DNA of 64,000 nucleotides. It comes from an uncultured virus (IMG/VR IMGVR_UViG_3300027710_000024). Lineage: Duplodnaviria; Heunggongvirae; Uroviricota; Caudoviricetes. Positions 9,130 to 18,532 of this stretch are shown one piece after another. Position numbers and translations under genes: made by a program. The DNA is taken from IMG/VR virus record IMGVR_UViG_3300027710_000024. One strand, written 5' to 3'. The notes beneath the pieces are model-generated. The model was not told the origin of the DNA. It searched no databases and was given only the letters and a program-made list of their open reading frames with translations. The first letter of the stretch is position 1; each line of letters starts with the position of its first letter.

Positions 9130-12081
9130 GTGATTAAAATTAACAGTCAGAACTTGTTTGCTACCGACGATGAGGTAGAAGGCATTGGAACTACGTTTGA
9201 AAAAGAGTTCGTAAAAGCCTATAAAGTACTCAAGCAGATGACTGCTGAGACCGCTAAAATGAAAGAAAATGGCGAAGCCTATGGCGACGCCGTATCCGGA
9301 GGATCTACCGGACGTAGTAAATTAGGTCTAGGAACCGTCCTGGGAAGCTTTACCCGTGGTGAAAAAATACTGGGTGGCGCAGCAATAGCTGGCGGAACTT
9401 TTATGAGCATGGCTCCAAATACCATGTCAGCTGTTGCGCAAAGAATGTATGCCGATTCTGTTGCCGGATTAAGCGGCATGAAGTCTCGAGAAGTAATTAC
9501 CCAGTCTAACCGCCTAGTTAACGGGGCAACGAGTGCCGGCGGCCCCACTGCGGCTGCCGCAAACCTTTTCTATCAGGGCGGTTACTCTGCTAACTCCGTA
9601 AGCTCTAGAAATATAATGTCTCAACTTGGTGGATTAAGCGCCATTACTGGAGGCACTAACGAGCAAACAGCCTCAAGCGTAGCAGGCATAAACGGGGCTT
9701 TATTTTTAAGACTAGGCGTACGTATTCGTGATGATAAGGGTGCTTTGCTCCCTATGAATCAGATTATTAACTCCGTATACAACATGCTATATGGCGGAAG
9801 AACTATCACAGAAGAGCAAGCCGCACTATTGTTAAACCCAAATTCTAAGGGTTATTCAACTCTTATGTTAATTTGCGGTGGCGATGCAAACTTATTCTCG
9901 GCCATTGCTATGGGTGTTATAACTCGTGCTAGAAAAGGCAAGGGCCTTACAAAGAAAGATTTAGGAAGTGCGCAGTCTGCGCTAAGCGCTATGGGCGTGG
10001 AGTCTGGAAGCCCAACAAGAGCAAACTTTAGATTTCAAGAAGGTCAAAGTTCTGCTTTACAATCAACAGAGGGCGGACTTGTAGGCGGCTATAATGCGTC
10101 GCTAAACGTTGTCGCAAAACTTAATGAGGGATTTGCAGATCTTGCTTCTGCATTAGGACCAGTAACTGGCGGCCTTATGGGCCTTAAAGGAATACTACAA
10201 ACTTTTCCTAACGCTGGAAATATGGGCGGTACTTTAGCTACTGCTGGAAGCGTTGGTATGGGCATAGCCAATACTGCGGTTAACGCAGCTATTATGGGGC
10301 GAATAATGGGTGTAGGAAGATTTGGTGCCGGAGCTGCTGCTGCAGGGGGCGGAAAACTACTTGCCGGTGGATTAATGAGTGCTGGCGGCTTAATGTCAGG
10401 CCTAAAGGGCGGCTTAGGATTTATGGGTAAAGGTGCGGGAAGATTAATACCTGGTCTTGGAGCTTTGTTAAGCGGAATGAGTGGCTATGGTGATCAAAAA
10501 TCCAATAAAGGATTATTAAGTGGTTTACTAGCTGCATCGGGTACAGGAGCTTTAGCTGGTGGCGCTGCAGGTGCATTTGCGGGCGGAGTAGGTGCAATTC
10601 CAGGAGCAATACTGGGAGCACTTATAAGCGGTGGCGGATACCTAGGTGGGCGTGCAATTGGCGCTATAGGTGGGCCGGATGATGACCACGGTATTGGTGG
10701 CGACAACAATATGCCTGGCAAGGGATCGGTTGGAACATTCTCTTTACCGGTACCTGAAGGAACTAAGGTAACGTCTCATTTTGGGCGCCGTAAAGGTGGA
10801 AATGGTATCAGCTCTAACCACCGAGGTATGGACTTTGGCGTTAGTGAAAACACAAACGTTACATCTGCTGCTGACGGTATTGTTACTGAGGTTGGTAGTG
10901 GCGGAGGCTATGGAAACTACGTAATTATAAAGCACGGAACTAAATCTACTCTGTACGCACACTTAAATCGTGCTTTGGTTAGAGTTGGACAAGTAGTTAA
11001 AAACGGGCAAGTAATTGCTAAATCAGGTGGTCGTAAAGGAGCTCCCGGAGCTGGAGCATCTACTGGGCCACACTTGCACTTTGAAGTTAGAGATAATGGT
11101 GGGCGTGGTGCGCAGGGCCGTGTTGACCCTAGAGGATTCTTTGGAAAAGCCGCTAACTTTGTAACCAGAGCTTTTAAAGCAGGATTAAATATGGCTAAAA
11201 ACATATTCTCTAGAGTAAGCGGCGGATTATTTGGTAAGCAAGATGCTTTTTCTAATTCTCAGGGCGCTGAGATTGGGAAAGGATTATCCGATTTAAACAG
11301 CCGAGGCTTATCAGATTTAAATAGCGCATCTTTATCGTCTCTATTGTCTGGCTCTATAGCTGCGGGTAGAGAAATCGGGTCCGAAGATCTTGATAGATTT
11401 ACCTCTGGGTACTCACGAAGAAGCGTTTCAATTTCAGACGGAATTACTGGAACTTTAAATAGCGCCGATGATGCCGTTTCTTCTCAAATACCTGGTGGAA
11501 GCAGAGCTGCTTATATTCGCATGCTTCGCCGTGCTGGGTTTTCTGGCAAGTCTTTAGAAACAGCTTTTGCAGTATCTCTTGCCGAGTCCCGAGGTAATCC
11601 ACGAGCATTTAATAATAAACGACGAGACCTTTCTTACGGCTTATTCCAAATTAACATGAAGGATGACGACCCTTCAAGCCCAAATATGGGGCGTAATCGT
11701 CGCAAACAATTTGGCATTAAAAACAATGAGGCTCTATTTAACACCGACACAAACATACGGGCAGCATATGAGGTTTCTAATAAGGGTGGCTGGTGGAAAC
11801 AGTGGTCTACTTATAATGACGGTACATTCCTTAGGTATATGGATGATGCTAAGCGTGCAAAAGAGGCTGCAGGCATAGGCGGTGGTCAAGAGTCATACTC
11901 TTCTGGTGGGATGATGTCCTCTGGATCCTCTACAAGAGAATCCTCTCATAGGGGAGAAATAACCGTAAACATGAACGTAAGTATTGCTAGCGCTAGCTCA
12001 GCAGACGCAGAAAGACTATTTAAAGAATTTAGTAGAAAACTTAAAAGGTCTATTGAAGAGAATGAGATTAGGACATACTAA
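9130..12081 (+). CDS. Tape measure protein with M23 peptidase and lysozyme-like domains
   Basis: G/A-rich helical body; HRGMDF and STGPHLHFEV (M23); AESRGNP and GLFQIN (transglycosylase-like). Confidence 0.88.
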   Translation: MIKINSQNLFATDDEVEGIGTTFEKEFVKAYKVLKQMTAETAKMKENGEAYGDAVSGGSTGRSKLGLGTVLGSFTRGEKILGGAAIAGGTFMSMAPNTMSAVAQRMYADSVAGLSGMKSREVITQSNRLVNGATSAGGPTAAAANLFYQGGYSANSVSSRNIMSQLGGLSAITGGTNEQTASSVAGINGALFLRLGVRIRDDKGALLPMNQIINSVYNMLYGGRTITEEQAALLLNPNSKGYSTLMLICGGDANLFSAIAMGVITRARKGKGLTKKDLGSAQSALSAMGVESGSPTRANFRFQEGQSSALQSTEGGLVGGYNASLNVVAKLNEGFADLASALGPVTGGLMGLKGILQTFPNAGNMGGTLATAGSVGMGIANTAVNAAIMGRIMGVGRFGAGAAAAGGGKLLAGGLMSAGGLMSGLKGGLGFMGKGAGRLIPGLGALLSGMSGYGDQKSNKGLLSGLLAASGTGALAGGAAGAFAGGVGAIPGAILGALISGGGYLGGRAIGAIGGPDDDHGIGGDNNMPGKGSVGTFSLPVPEGTKVTSHFGRRKGGNGISSNHRGMDFGVSENTNVTSAADGIVTEVGSGGGYGNYVIIKHGTKSTLYAHLNRALVRVGQVVKNGQVIAKSGGRKGAPGAGASTGPHLHFEVRDNGGRGAQGRVDPRGFFGKAANFVTRAFKAGLNMAKNIFSRVSGGLFGKQDAFSNSQGAEIGKGLSDLNSRGLSDLNSASLSSLLSGSIAAGREIGSEDLDRFTSGYSRRSVSISDGITGTLNSADDAVSSQIPGGSRAAYIRMLRRAGFSGKSLETAFAVSLAESRGNPRAFNNKRRDLSYGLFQINMKDDDPSSPNMGRNRRKQFGIKNNEALFNTDTNIRAAYEVSNKGGWWKQWSTYNDGTFLRYMDDAKRAKEAAGIGGGQESYSSGGMMSSGSSTRESSHRGEITVNMNVSIASASSADAERLFKEFSRKLKRSIEENEIRTY

Positions 12082-13772
12082 TGGCCGTAACTTACTACTA
12101 TAACGTTTACCTACAACAGCACCTAAATGGCGTGTGGGTAAATATAGAGACTCAAGTTGCTAAAATTAACTTTATAGACTTTAAAGATAGCGGCAATGTT
12201 CAAGTATCTCCAACAGATCAAGCTGGAAATCAACTCGGTAGCCAAAGTCAATTGCAGTGGGTAATAAAGGCCTATAAAAAAGATGGCTCTACCGTTACTC
12301 AGCTAAATGACGATCAAGTTAGGGTAGTAAAAGCGACCGTTCCAGCAAACCCAGTAAATGACATTCTTAATGGAATTGAAACTTGGAATAACTTATACTT
12401 TACTGCTCAAATTAATAAACTAATATTAAATTTACGGGCTAATAAATTTCCTTATCTGATTACCCCCTCATTTACTGTAACGCACAAAGGTGCTGCCGGT
12501 TTTCCTGCAAATGGTGTGTCAATACCTAGGGCAGACATTGTTGGTAAAGACTTCAAGGGAGTTCAGACAGTTCATTTTACTAAATCTGAGGCTTTTCCTG
12601 CAATTCCAAAGGGACTTATTGCAGAACTAGATCTTGAATATGCTGGAGCAGCCCCTATACGACAAACTCAAAATATTCACTATGATGTAGATTTAAAACA
12701 ATATGTTGGAATAAAACGAGTTGTAAATACTACCACACAAGAAACTACATACTTTGCTTTGTACTACAATCCTGGTGCAAATGGGACTAAAGTTAAAGAA
12801 GTTGAAGTTGGAAAAGACCCTAAAAAGTTTTTAAATGGAAGCAAGGGCCCCGCATACAAAGCCGCTATGGCAATACTTATTGACGCAATTGTAAGTGGAA
12901 AAGTTACAAACGTAAAAGTTCCAAAAGAAGACAAAAGTGGTGGTGGTGGAAGCGGAGGAAACGTATCTCCAAAAGAACCTACAAACCCTGAACGATGGAA
13001 TCCGCCCTTTCATAAATCTACAAAGGGTAATCCAAGAAGTTTTGAGTGGACAGACAAAAAAGGTGTAGTTAACCGGCTCAGTACTGCCCCAGAATTGGGA
13101 AGAATTTACCAAGATAAAAATAGCGCACTAGCTGTAAATACAAACCCAGAAATATCTAAAAAGGGTCAGCTTTGGGGATTTAGATTTATGTATAACCCGG
13201 AAACAATTAGTTACGGCGTTAGTGGATCACCATTTGATTATACAAATATTCAAGATGCCGCAATTCTCATAACTGGAAATATGTCGGTTAAGTTAACTTT
13301 ACTATTAAATCGTTTAGCAGATATGACCGAGCTTCAAAGTACAAATAGCCCAACTAAATCTCCGTATACTCCGGCACTAAGTGAAGTAGCTAAACAGGGG
13401 ATATTAAACCGCGGAACTGAATACGATATCGAGTTTTTGTATAGAGTATGTAACGGAGACCCAAGCACAACTACGGGGCAAGATCCTTTGCTTGGTTATC
13501 CTGGATTAACCTCTGATAGCGGACTCTTAAAACAGACCCCAGTATGGCTACATCTTCATAATAGTTATAAGATTTTTGGAGCGGTATCAAATTTAGAGGT
13601 AGAACATCGCCAGTTTGATAGAAGAATGGTGCCTGTTCTTAGCACAGTAACCTTAACTATAAACAGATACCCAGCTATAGTTCAAAACGTAGACGACCTA
13701 AATGGTGACGTTCTAGAGACATTTAAAAAACGCTACGGCGGTGCTGGGGCTGTAGAGGAGGGGGATGAGTAA
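12081..13772 (+). CDS. Baseplate/tube-initiator-like protein
   Basis: C-terminal GFRFMYNPETI...FDRRMVP...VTLTI tube-initiator pattern; follows the TMP. Confidence 0.55.
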   Translation: MAVTYYYNVYLQQHLNGVWVNIETQVAKINFIDFKDSGNVQVSPTDQAGNQLGSQSQLQWVIKAYKKDGSTVTQLNDDQVRVVKATVPANPVNDILNGIETWNNLYFTAQINKLILNLRANKFPYLITPSFTVTHKGAAGFPANGVSIPRADIVGKDFKGVQTVHFTKSEAFPAIPKGLIAELDLEYAGAAPIRQTQNIHYDVDLKQYVGIKRVVNTTTQETTYFALYYNPGANGTKVKEVEVGKDPKKFLNGSKGPAYKAAMAILIDAIVSGKVTNVKVPKEDKSGGGGSGGNVSPKEPTNPERWNPPFHKSTKGNPRSFEWTDKKGVVNRLSTAPELGRIYQDKNSALAVNTNPEISKKGQLWGFRFMYNPETISYGVSGSPFDYTNIQDAAILITGNMSVKLTLLLNRLADMTELQSTNSPTKSPYTPALSEVAKQGILNRGTEYDIEFLYRVCNGDPSTTTGQDPLLGYPGLTSDSGLLKQTPVWLHLHNSYKIFGAVSNLEVEHRQFDRRMVPVLSTVTLTINRYPAIVQNVDDLNGDVLETFKKRYGGAGAVEEGDE

Positions 13773-14053
13773 TGCCTATTGAAAGAGTGTCTAGATACTA
13801 CGACGGTACTTTAGCGCAAGTTACCTCTGGGTCTGAATCTAAATTTCAAATTGCTGTATTTAGGTTATGGCCAGACAACCAAGAAGTGACTTACTTTAAC
13901 CATACCTGGGTTACTACTGATTCTTTAGCTGCTTTAGCTGCAACATATTGTGGCGGCGCTAAATACTGGTGGGAAATTATGGATATAAACCCTGAAATTT
14001 TAGACCCATTTAACATAGCCCCAGGAACAGTAATTAGGGTGCCAAATGAATAA
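13772..14053 (+). CDS. LysM/tail-X-like baseplate protein
   Basis: DSLAALAATY.G...WWEIMDINP...PGTVIRVP. Confidence 0.85.
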   Translation: MPIERVSRYYDGTLAQVTSGSESKFQIAVFRLWPDNQEVTYFNHTWVTTDSLAALAATYCGGAKYWWEIMDINPEILDPFNIAPGTVIRVPNE

Positions 14054-14888
14054 CCTCGTACTTCCTGCCTATATTTGGAGACCAGATGTTTATAGCGCAT
14101 CATATAAGGTTGAGTTTCCTAACTTAAAATCACTTGATTTTTTAATTATGAGTGCAGAACTAAAGCAATCAATAGAAGAGCATGATTTGCTTATACTTAG
14201 AATTAAAGGAAAACCAAATAGAAAAGAAACACAGATTGCATATGGAGACCCGGTAAAGTTTACCTATCGATCTGGAAAGATTAAATCAGTATTTGTAGGA
14301 AAAGTTGATAGAATCTATCAAACGGGTGGTATTGATGGTGTAAATCAAACTATAATTAAGTGTATTTCTGCTTCAGCATGCTTAAAAGACAGCACTCAAG
14401 AAATCCACACTAATGTTACTGCAGATCAAGTGGTTTCAAAAATATGCCAAAGATTTGGCCTATCCTCTACAGTTCAGAGAGACCCTAGAGTAAGAAAAGC
14501 TATAGTTCAATCTGGGCAAACATACTGGCAATTATTTAGAAGTTTAGCTAAACAAACCGGATTTGCTTTACGTGCAGAGAATACTACGGTTACGTTTTGC
14601 TCTAAGGATAAGATAACTGCAAGTAAAAAAAGCCAAGCCCCATATTTTTACTATGTAGATAGTCCAGTAAATGGGGCTATAAATGCTCTAGAAAGGGCAT
14701 TAGGCTCAATACTTTACTTTAAGCCTGTAATTAGTGACGCCTCTCCTGAAGCGGGAGTTAAGGTTGACAGGGTAATAAGTGGAAAAAGTCAAAATGGTAG
14801 ACAAACTATTAAGACTGTACATCCCCACGTAAATAAAAAAACACCTCAAAAAGGTGCGGTAAAACCAAGTGAGGACTACTTCCTATGA
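14046..14888 (+). CDS. Baseplate hub (gp27/P2 D-like), N-terminal part
   Basis: F.GKV, TADQVVSKI...GL, QSGQTYWQLFRSLA..TG. Confidence 0.75.
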   Translation: MNNLVLPAYIWRPDVYSASYKVEFPNLKSLDFLIMSAELKQSIEEHDLLILRIKGKPNRKETQIAYGDPVKFTYRSGKIKSVFVGKVDRIYQTGGIDGVNQTIIKCISASACLKDSTQEIHTNVTADQVVSKICQRFGLSSTVQRDPRVRKAIVQSGQTYWQLFRSLAKQTGFALRAENTTVTFCSKDKITASKKSQAPYFYYVDSPVNGAINALERALGSILYFKPVISDASPEAGVKVDRVISGKSQNGRQTIKTVHPHVNKKTPQKGAVKPSEDYFL

Positions 14889-15481
14889 CAGCGAGTTTTT
14901 CTAAAAAAAATACTAAAGCAGCATTTAAAAAACACTATCCCTATGAAGTGGTTTCTAATGTAAATGACTCAAAACTTTTAGCAAATGCTTTAAGTAACAC
15001 CAGCAGGTACCAATATACTATGGAAGTCACTGTTGTAGGCAACTCAGATATTAGGCCATATGACCCAATCTACTTAGATAACCTTCCTAATGATCTTTCT
15101 GGGTACTGGACCGTATTGTCTGTTTCCCATAATTTTAATGATCGTCGAGCCTATTATGTACTTGATTTGGTTGTTGGCGCTGAAACTCTTGGGGATGTAA
15201 ACCCTAACGCTAGAAAAGCTGTTCAATATAGGGATGTGGAAAGCGAGCTTTCTGGACAATCATTGACCATAGCTGAGTCCCAATTAACTGAAATATCTCT
15301 TTCTCCAAATAGCTCTGAACTTCAAGAAATTGATTATGATGGGGTGGGACCAAATGTAACCCAGCCATCAAATTCATTTTCTAATCTAGTTACTAACCCT
15401 TATCTAATAAAACCACCCTCACTTAAAGGCGTAAAAAATACAGTGTCATGGTCTGCAAAGAGGGGTAATAAAATAGTATAA
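14885..15481 (+). CDS. Baseplate hub, C-terminal part
   Basis: VVGNSDIRP..PIYL...SGYWTVLSVSH motif. Confidence 0.65.
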   Translation: MTASFSKKNTKAAFKKHYPYEVVSNVNDSKLLANALSNTSRYQYTMEVTVVGNSDIRPYDPIYLDNLPNDLSGYWTVLSVSHNFNDRRAYYVLDLVVGAETLGDVNPNARKAVQYRDVESELSGQSLTIAESQLTEISLSPNSSELQEIDYDGVGPNVTQPSNSFSNLVTNPYLIKPPSLKGVKNTVSWSAKRGNKIV

Positions 15482-15984
15482 TGAATGACTATAGCAATAA
15501 CACGTATGGAGTAGATCCCCTTGGGCGTCCAAGATTTTATGGGATTTACGTGGGTAAAGTTTTAGATATTGACGACCCCTTAAAAAAGAGTCGTATAAAG
15601 ATTTCTGTAAATCAACCTACGGGTGGGTCTAAAACAGGTTGGGCTGAGGCTTGCCTACCTGTAACAAGTAATGCCAATCATCCGGATCATAAAGAGCATA
15701 CGGCGGAAGCAATTGCCGCCCTATTAACCACGCAATCAAGTAGTACTGGAAGCGGCGGGGGATTAGACTCCCATAGCCATTCAATACCTGCATTGACTAT
15801 TGTAGCTAAGGCTGGGGCGGGTTCTTTGGATCACGAGCGAAAAGCAACGTCAGATCCACAAGAGACTAACGTTACAGATGAACATACACCGCATAGAATT
15901 GTTCCTAGAAAATATCAAGAAGTTTGGGTCATGTATATTGCTGGGGACCCTGAATTCCCTATATGGATTGGAGTTAGGGCTTAA
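15481..15984 (+). CDS. Baseplate spike, gp5/gpV OB-fold
   Basis: YGIYVGKV...DP...RIK, TGWA..C, VWVMYIAGDPEFPIWIG. Confidence 0.85.
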   Translation: MNDYSNNTYGVDPLGRPRFYGIYVGKVLDIDDPLKKSRIKISVNQPTGGSKTGWAEACLPVTSNANHPDHKEHTAEAIAALLTTQSSSTGSGGGLDSHSHSIPALTIVAKAGAGSLDHERKATSDPQETNVTDEHTPHRIVPRKYQEVWVMYIAGDPEFPIWIGVRA

Positions 15985-16400
15985 TGAGAGCTATTGCCTA
16001 CCCATATACTGTAGATATTTCGGGAGAAATTTTAGCCGCAACATCTAGCGGCAAGATCTATTTAGACCGCCTAGCGACTCTAATGAGCACAACAATAGGT
16101 CAGCGCCCTATGCAACAAAGTTATGGGGTCGATTTAAAACGAGCTTTATTTGAGAATGAGTATATACATGATGGCGGAGAAGTGATGTCCTTTAGGAAAT
16201 CAGTTGAGGACGCCGTAAGAGAAGCAATTAATACCTGGTTAAAGGGTGTTAAAATTCAACAAATAGAGGTTAGCCCTCCTGGGGAAAACGGAACTAGCGA
16301 AATTAAAGTAGTTATTTTAGTTCCTGGGGATGAACAGGTCAGCTTAACTACATCAACGGCAATTTTTGGAAACGACGGGACGGTTGGTATCATACAATGA
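15984..16400 (+). CDS. Baseplate wedge, gp25/W-like
   Basis: T.IGQRPM...YGVDL..LFE motif. Confidence 0.85.
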   Translation: MRAIAYPYTVDISGEILAATSSGKIYLDRLATLMSTTIGQRPMQQSYGVDLKRALFENEYIHDGGEVMSFRKSVEDAVREAINTWLKGVKIQQIEVSPPGENGTSEIKVVILVPGDEQVSLTTSTAIFGNDGTVGIIQ

Positions 16401-17944
16401 GTGAAATTCAAATTGACTACACTTCTAGGGATTACTCGGCCTTAAAAAATGAATTAATAAGCCTAGTAAACCTAAAAACAGGCGGAGCTTGGAACCCTAC
16501 CGATCCGTCAGACCTTGGTAATGCTTTGCTCGAAGCTTTTGCTTATATGGGCGACATTATGTCCTACTACATCGACAGAGTTGCTAATGAAACCCAGGTA
16601 GAAACTGCCGTAAAAACAGAGACCCTTTTAAATTTTGCATCTCTATACGGGTACCGCCCCTCAGGTCCGACCCCAGCTACCGTAACCGTGTCCTTTACAA
16701 ATGATAGCGATGCTCCGGTAAGTTTGCCCGTTGGAACTCAGGTAATGGCCCCGTTAAATTACGGCCCTTTTTCTCAAGCATACTTTGAAACTACCCAACC
16801 CTTTACAGCAATTGCGCCAAATGCAACAGTAAACGTTGTTTGTGTTGAGGGAAAAACAGTAAACACTGATAAAGAAGATTACATTGACCCAGTATTTCAT
16901 AAACCACTTCCATCTAGTATTGGTACGTCAACTGGAAGCGCTAACCAGTCTTTTCAAATTCTTGAAAGTGGCATTATTGACGCATCTCTTGTTGTCTACG
17001 TAGGGCAGGGAGTAGCATTTGCACCTTGGCAGTATGTGGATAACCTTGTAGAGTACGGCCCAAATGACTTAGTATTTACAGCAAACCAAAATACGGACGG
17101 AACTCTAAACGTACTTTTTGGTGACGGAATTAACGGCGCTATTCCTCCTGCCTCACAAGCAATTAGTGCAACCTATAAGATTAGCGTTGGCCGTTATGGA
17201 AACGTAATTTCAGGTGCGGTAAGTGAAGTCTCATTTATTCCTGGAAATATAGACCCAGAAGCAGTTTCATTCTTTACTGTAAACAATACCACGGCCGCAA
17301 CCGGGGGTGCGGATGCTGATAGCCAAACACAAATTAGATCTAAAATTAAAAATGCCATCATTTCACGAAATCGTGCGGTAACTTTAAATGATTATAAGTA
17401 TCTTTCATCACTAGTTCCGTTAGTGGGAAAGACAAATGCCGCATCTTCAGTGTACTCTTTAGTTAACGTATACCTTCAAGTACAGAATGATGGTAGCGCT
17501 ACCCCGGGCATAATTTCAGGATCCGTAACTCCTTCCTGGACTAGCCTTAAAAGAGACGTAGAGCTCTATATGGATGACAAGATTCCTGTAGGCGTAACCT
17601 TAAACGTCTTGCCTCCACAATACATGCCGTTGCGGTTAGAAGTTACTGTTTTAATAAAAGACACTTATAAAAAAAGCACTGCGCGTCTTGATGTGTATAA
17701 AGCACTTCTTTCTGGTGATACTGGGCTCTTCTCTTATGAAAAGAATACGTTTGCTAGAAATATATCCCTTTCTTCAATTATCTCAGCATTGTCCCCGTTA
17801 ACTGGTGTAACTTCAGTATCGGTAACAAAGCTAAACGTTGACGGCGGATCCTCTGCCCAAGACATAATCCTAGAACCAAACCAAATTCCGTACCTGATTC
17901 CAGCTAACCTGCTAATCGAGGTATCCGGCGGAATTAACATCTAA
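16397..17944 (+). CDS. Baseplate J-like/gp6 wedge protein
   Basis: DYTSRDY, D.G.ALLEAFAY, FGDGING..P, GGAD, RAVTL.DY. Confidence 0.93.
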   Translation: MSEIQIDYTSRDYSALKNELISLVNLKTGGAWNPTDPSDLGNALLEAFAYMGDIMSYYIDRVANETQVETAVKTETLLNFASLYGYRPSGPTPATVTVSFTNDSDAPVSLPVGTQVMAPLNYGPFSQAYFETTQPFTAIAPNATVNVVCVEGKTVNTDKEDYIDPVFHKPLPSSIGTSTGSANQSFQILESGIIDASLVVYVGQGVAFAPWQYVDNLVEYGPNDLVFTANQNTDGTLNVLFGDGINGAIPPASQAISATYKISVGRYGNVISGAVSEVSFIPGNIDPEAVSFFTVNNTTAATGGADADSQTQIRSKIKNAIISRNRAVTLNDYKYLSSLVPLVGKTNAASSVYSLVNVYLQVQNDGSATPGIISGSVTPSWTSLKRDVELYMDDKIPVGVTLNVLPPQYMPLRLEVTVLIKDTYKKSTARLDVYKALLSGDTGLFSYEKNTFARNISLSSIISALSPLTGVTSVSVTKLNVDGGSSAQDIILEPNQIPYLIPANLLIEVSGGINI

Positions 17945-17959
17945 AGAGATAGGTAAAAA

Positions 17960-18523
17960 ATGACCGCTTCCTTCCCGTCCTCAGTACGTCAATTACAGAA
18001 TAAAATTGATATCCAAGATACAGTTTTAGCTGACCACGTAAACGTCATTCAAGATGAAGTTCGCGCTATAGAAACGTCTCTTGGTGCTGCCGTAAATGAT
18101 ACAAGCATCTTAGTTTCTAACTATTCTGGAACGTTTGTTCAAGATATTAACTGGAACTCCTTAGGAGCTAGACTAAAAAATATTGAAGCTGGGCTAGTAA
18201 ACGGAACAGGAAGCTCTGCAAACTACGTAGCCAAAACAGGAGATAATATCTCCCCTATTGCTGGGCGAACCGGATTAACTATAACCGCCCGTACTGGAAA
18301 CTTATTTAACCTATTTGAAACTCGAGACTCATCAACTGCTTTAGGATTTAACGTAGATAACACCGGCAGGCCTAGAGTAGGAACCTTTAACGTCCTGTAT
18401 AATACAAGTACAGACTATGTTGCCTTAACTAATGCTATTTCTGCAGCTGCTACTCAAGCCGCTACTGCAACAGCTATAGCTAATGCGGCGTCTATTAGCC
18501 CATTCTTATTTGCGGGGATGTAA
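17960..18523 (+). CDS. Baseplate/tail fibre-associated protein
   Basis: A.FP.S, V.ADHVN.IQDEV.AIE..LG pattern; position. Confidence 0.55.
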   Translation: MTASFPSSVRQLQNKIDIQDTVLADHVNVIQDEVRAIETSLGAAVNDTSILVSNYSGTFVQDINWNSLGARLKNIEAGLVNGTGSSANYVAKTGDNISPIAGRTGLTITARTGNLFNLFETRDSSTALGFNVDNTGRPRVGTFNVLYNTSTDYVALTNAISAAATQAATATAIANAASISPFLFAGM

Positions 18524-18532
18524 ACTTAAAAC

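Noticed and set aside
5935..17944. Bacterial extracellular contractile injection system or tailocin
   Set aside because: Long TMP and an adjacent full phage replication module indicate a phage tail
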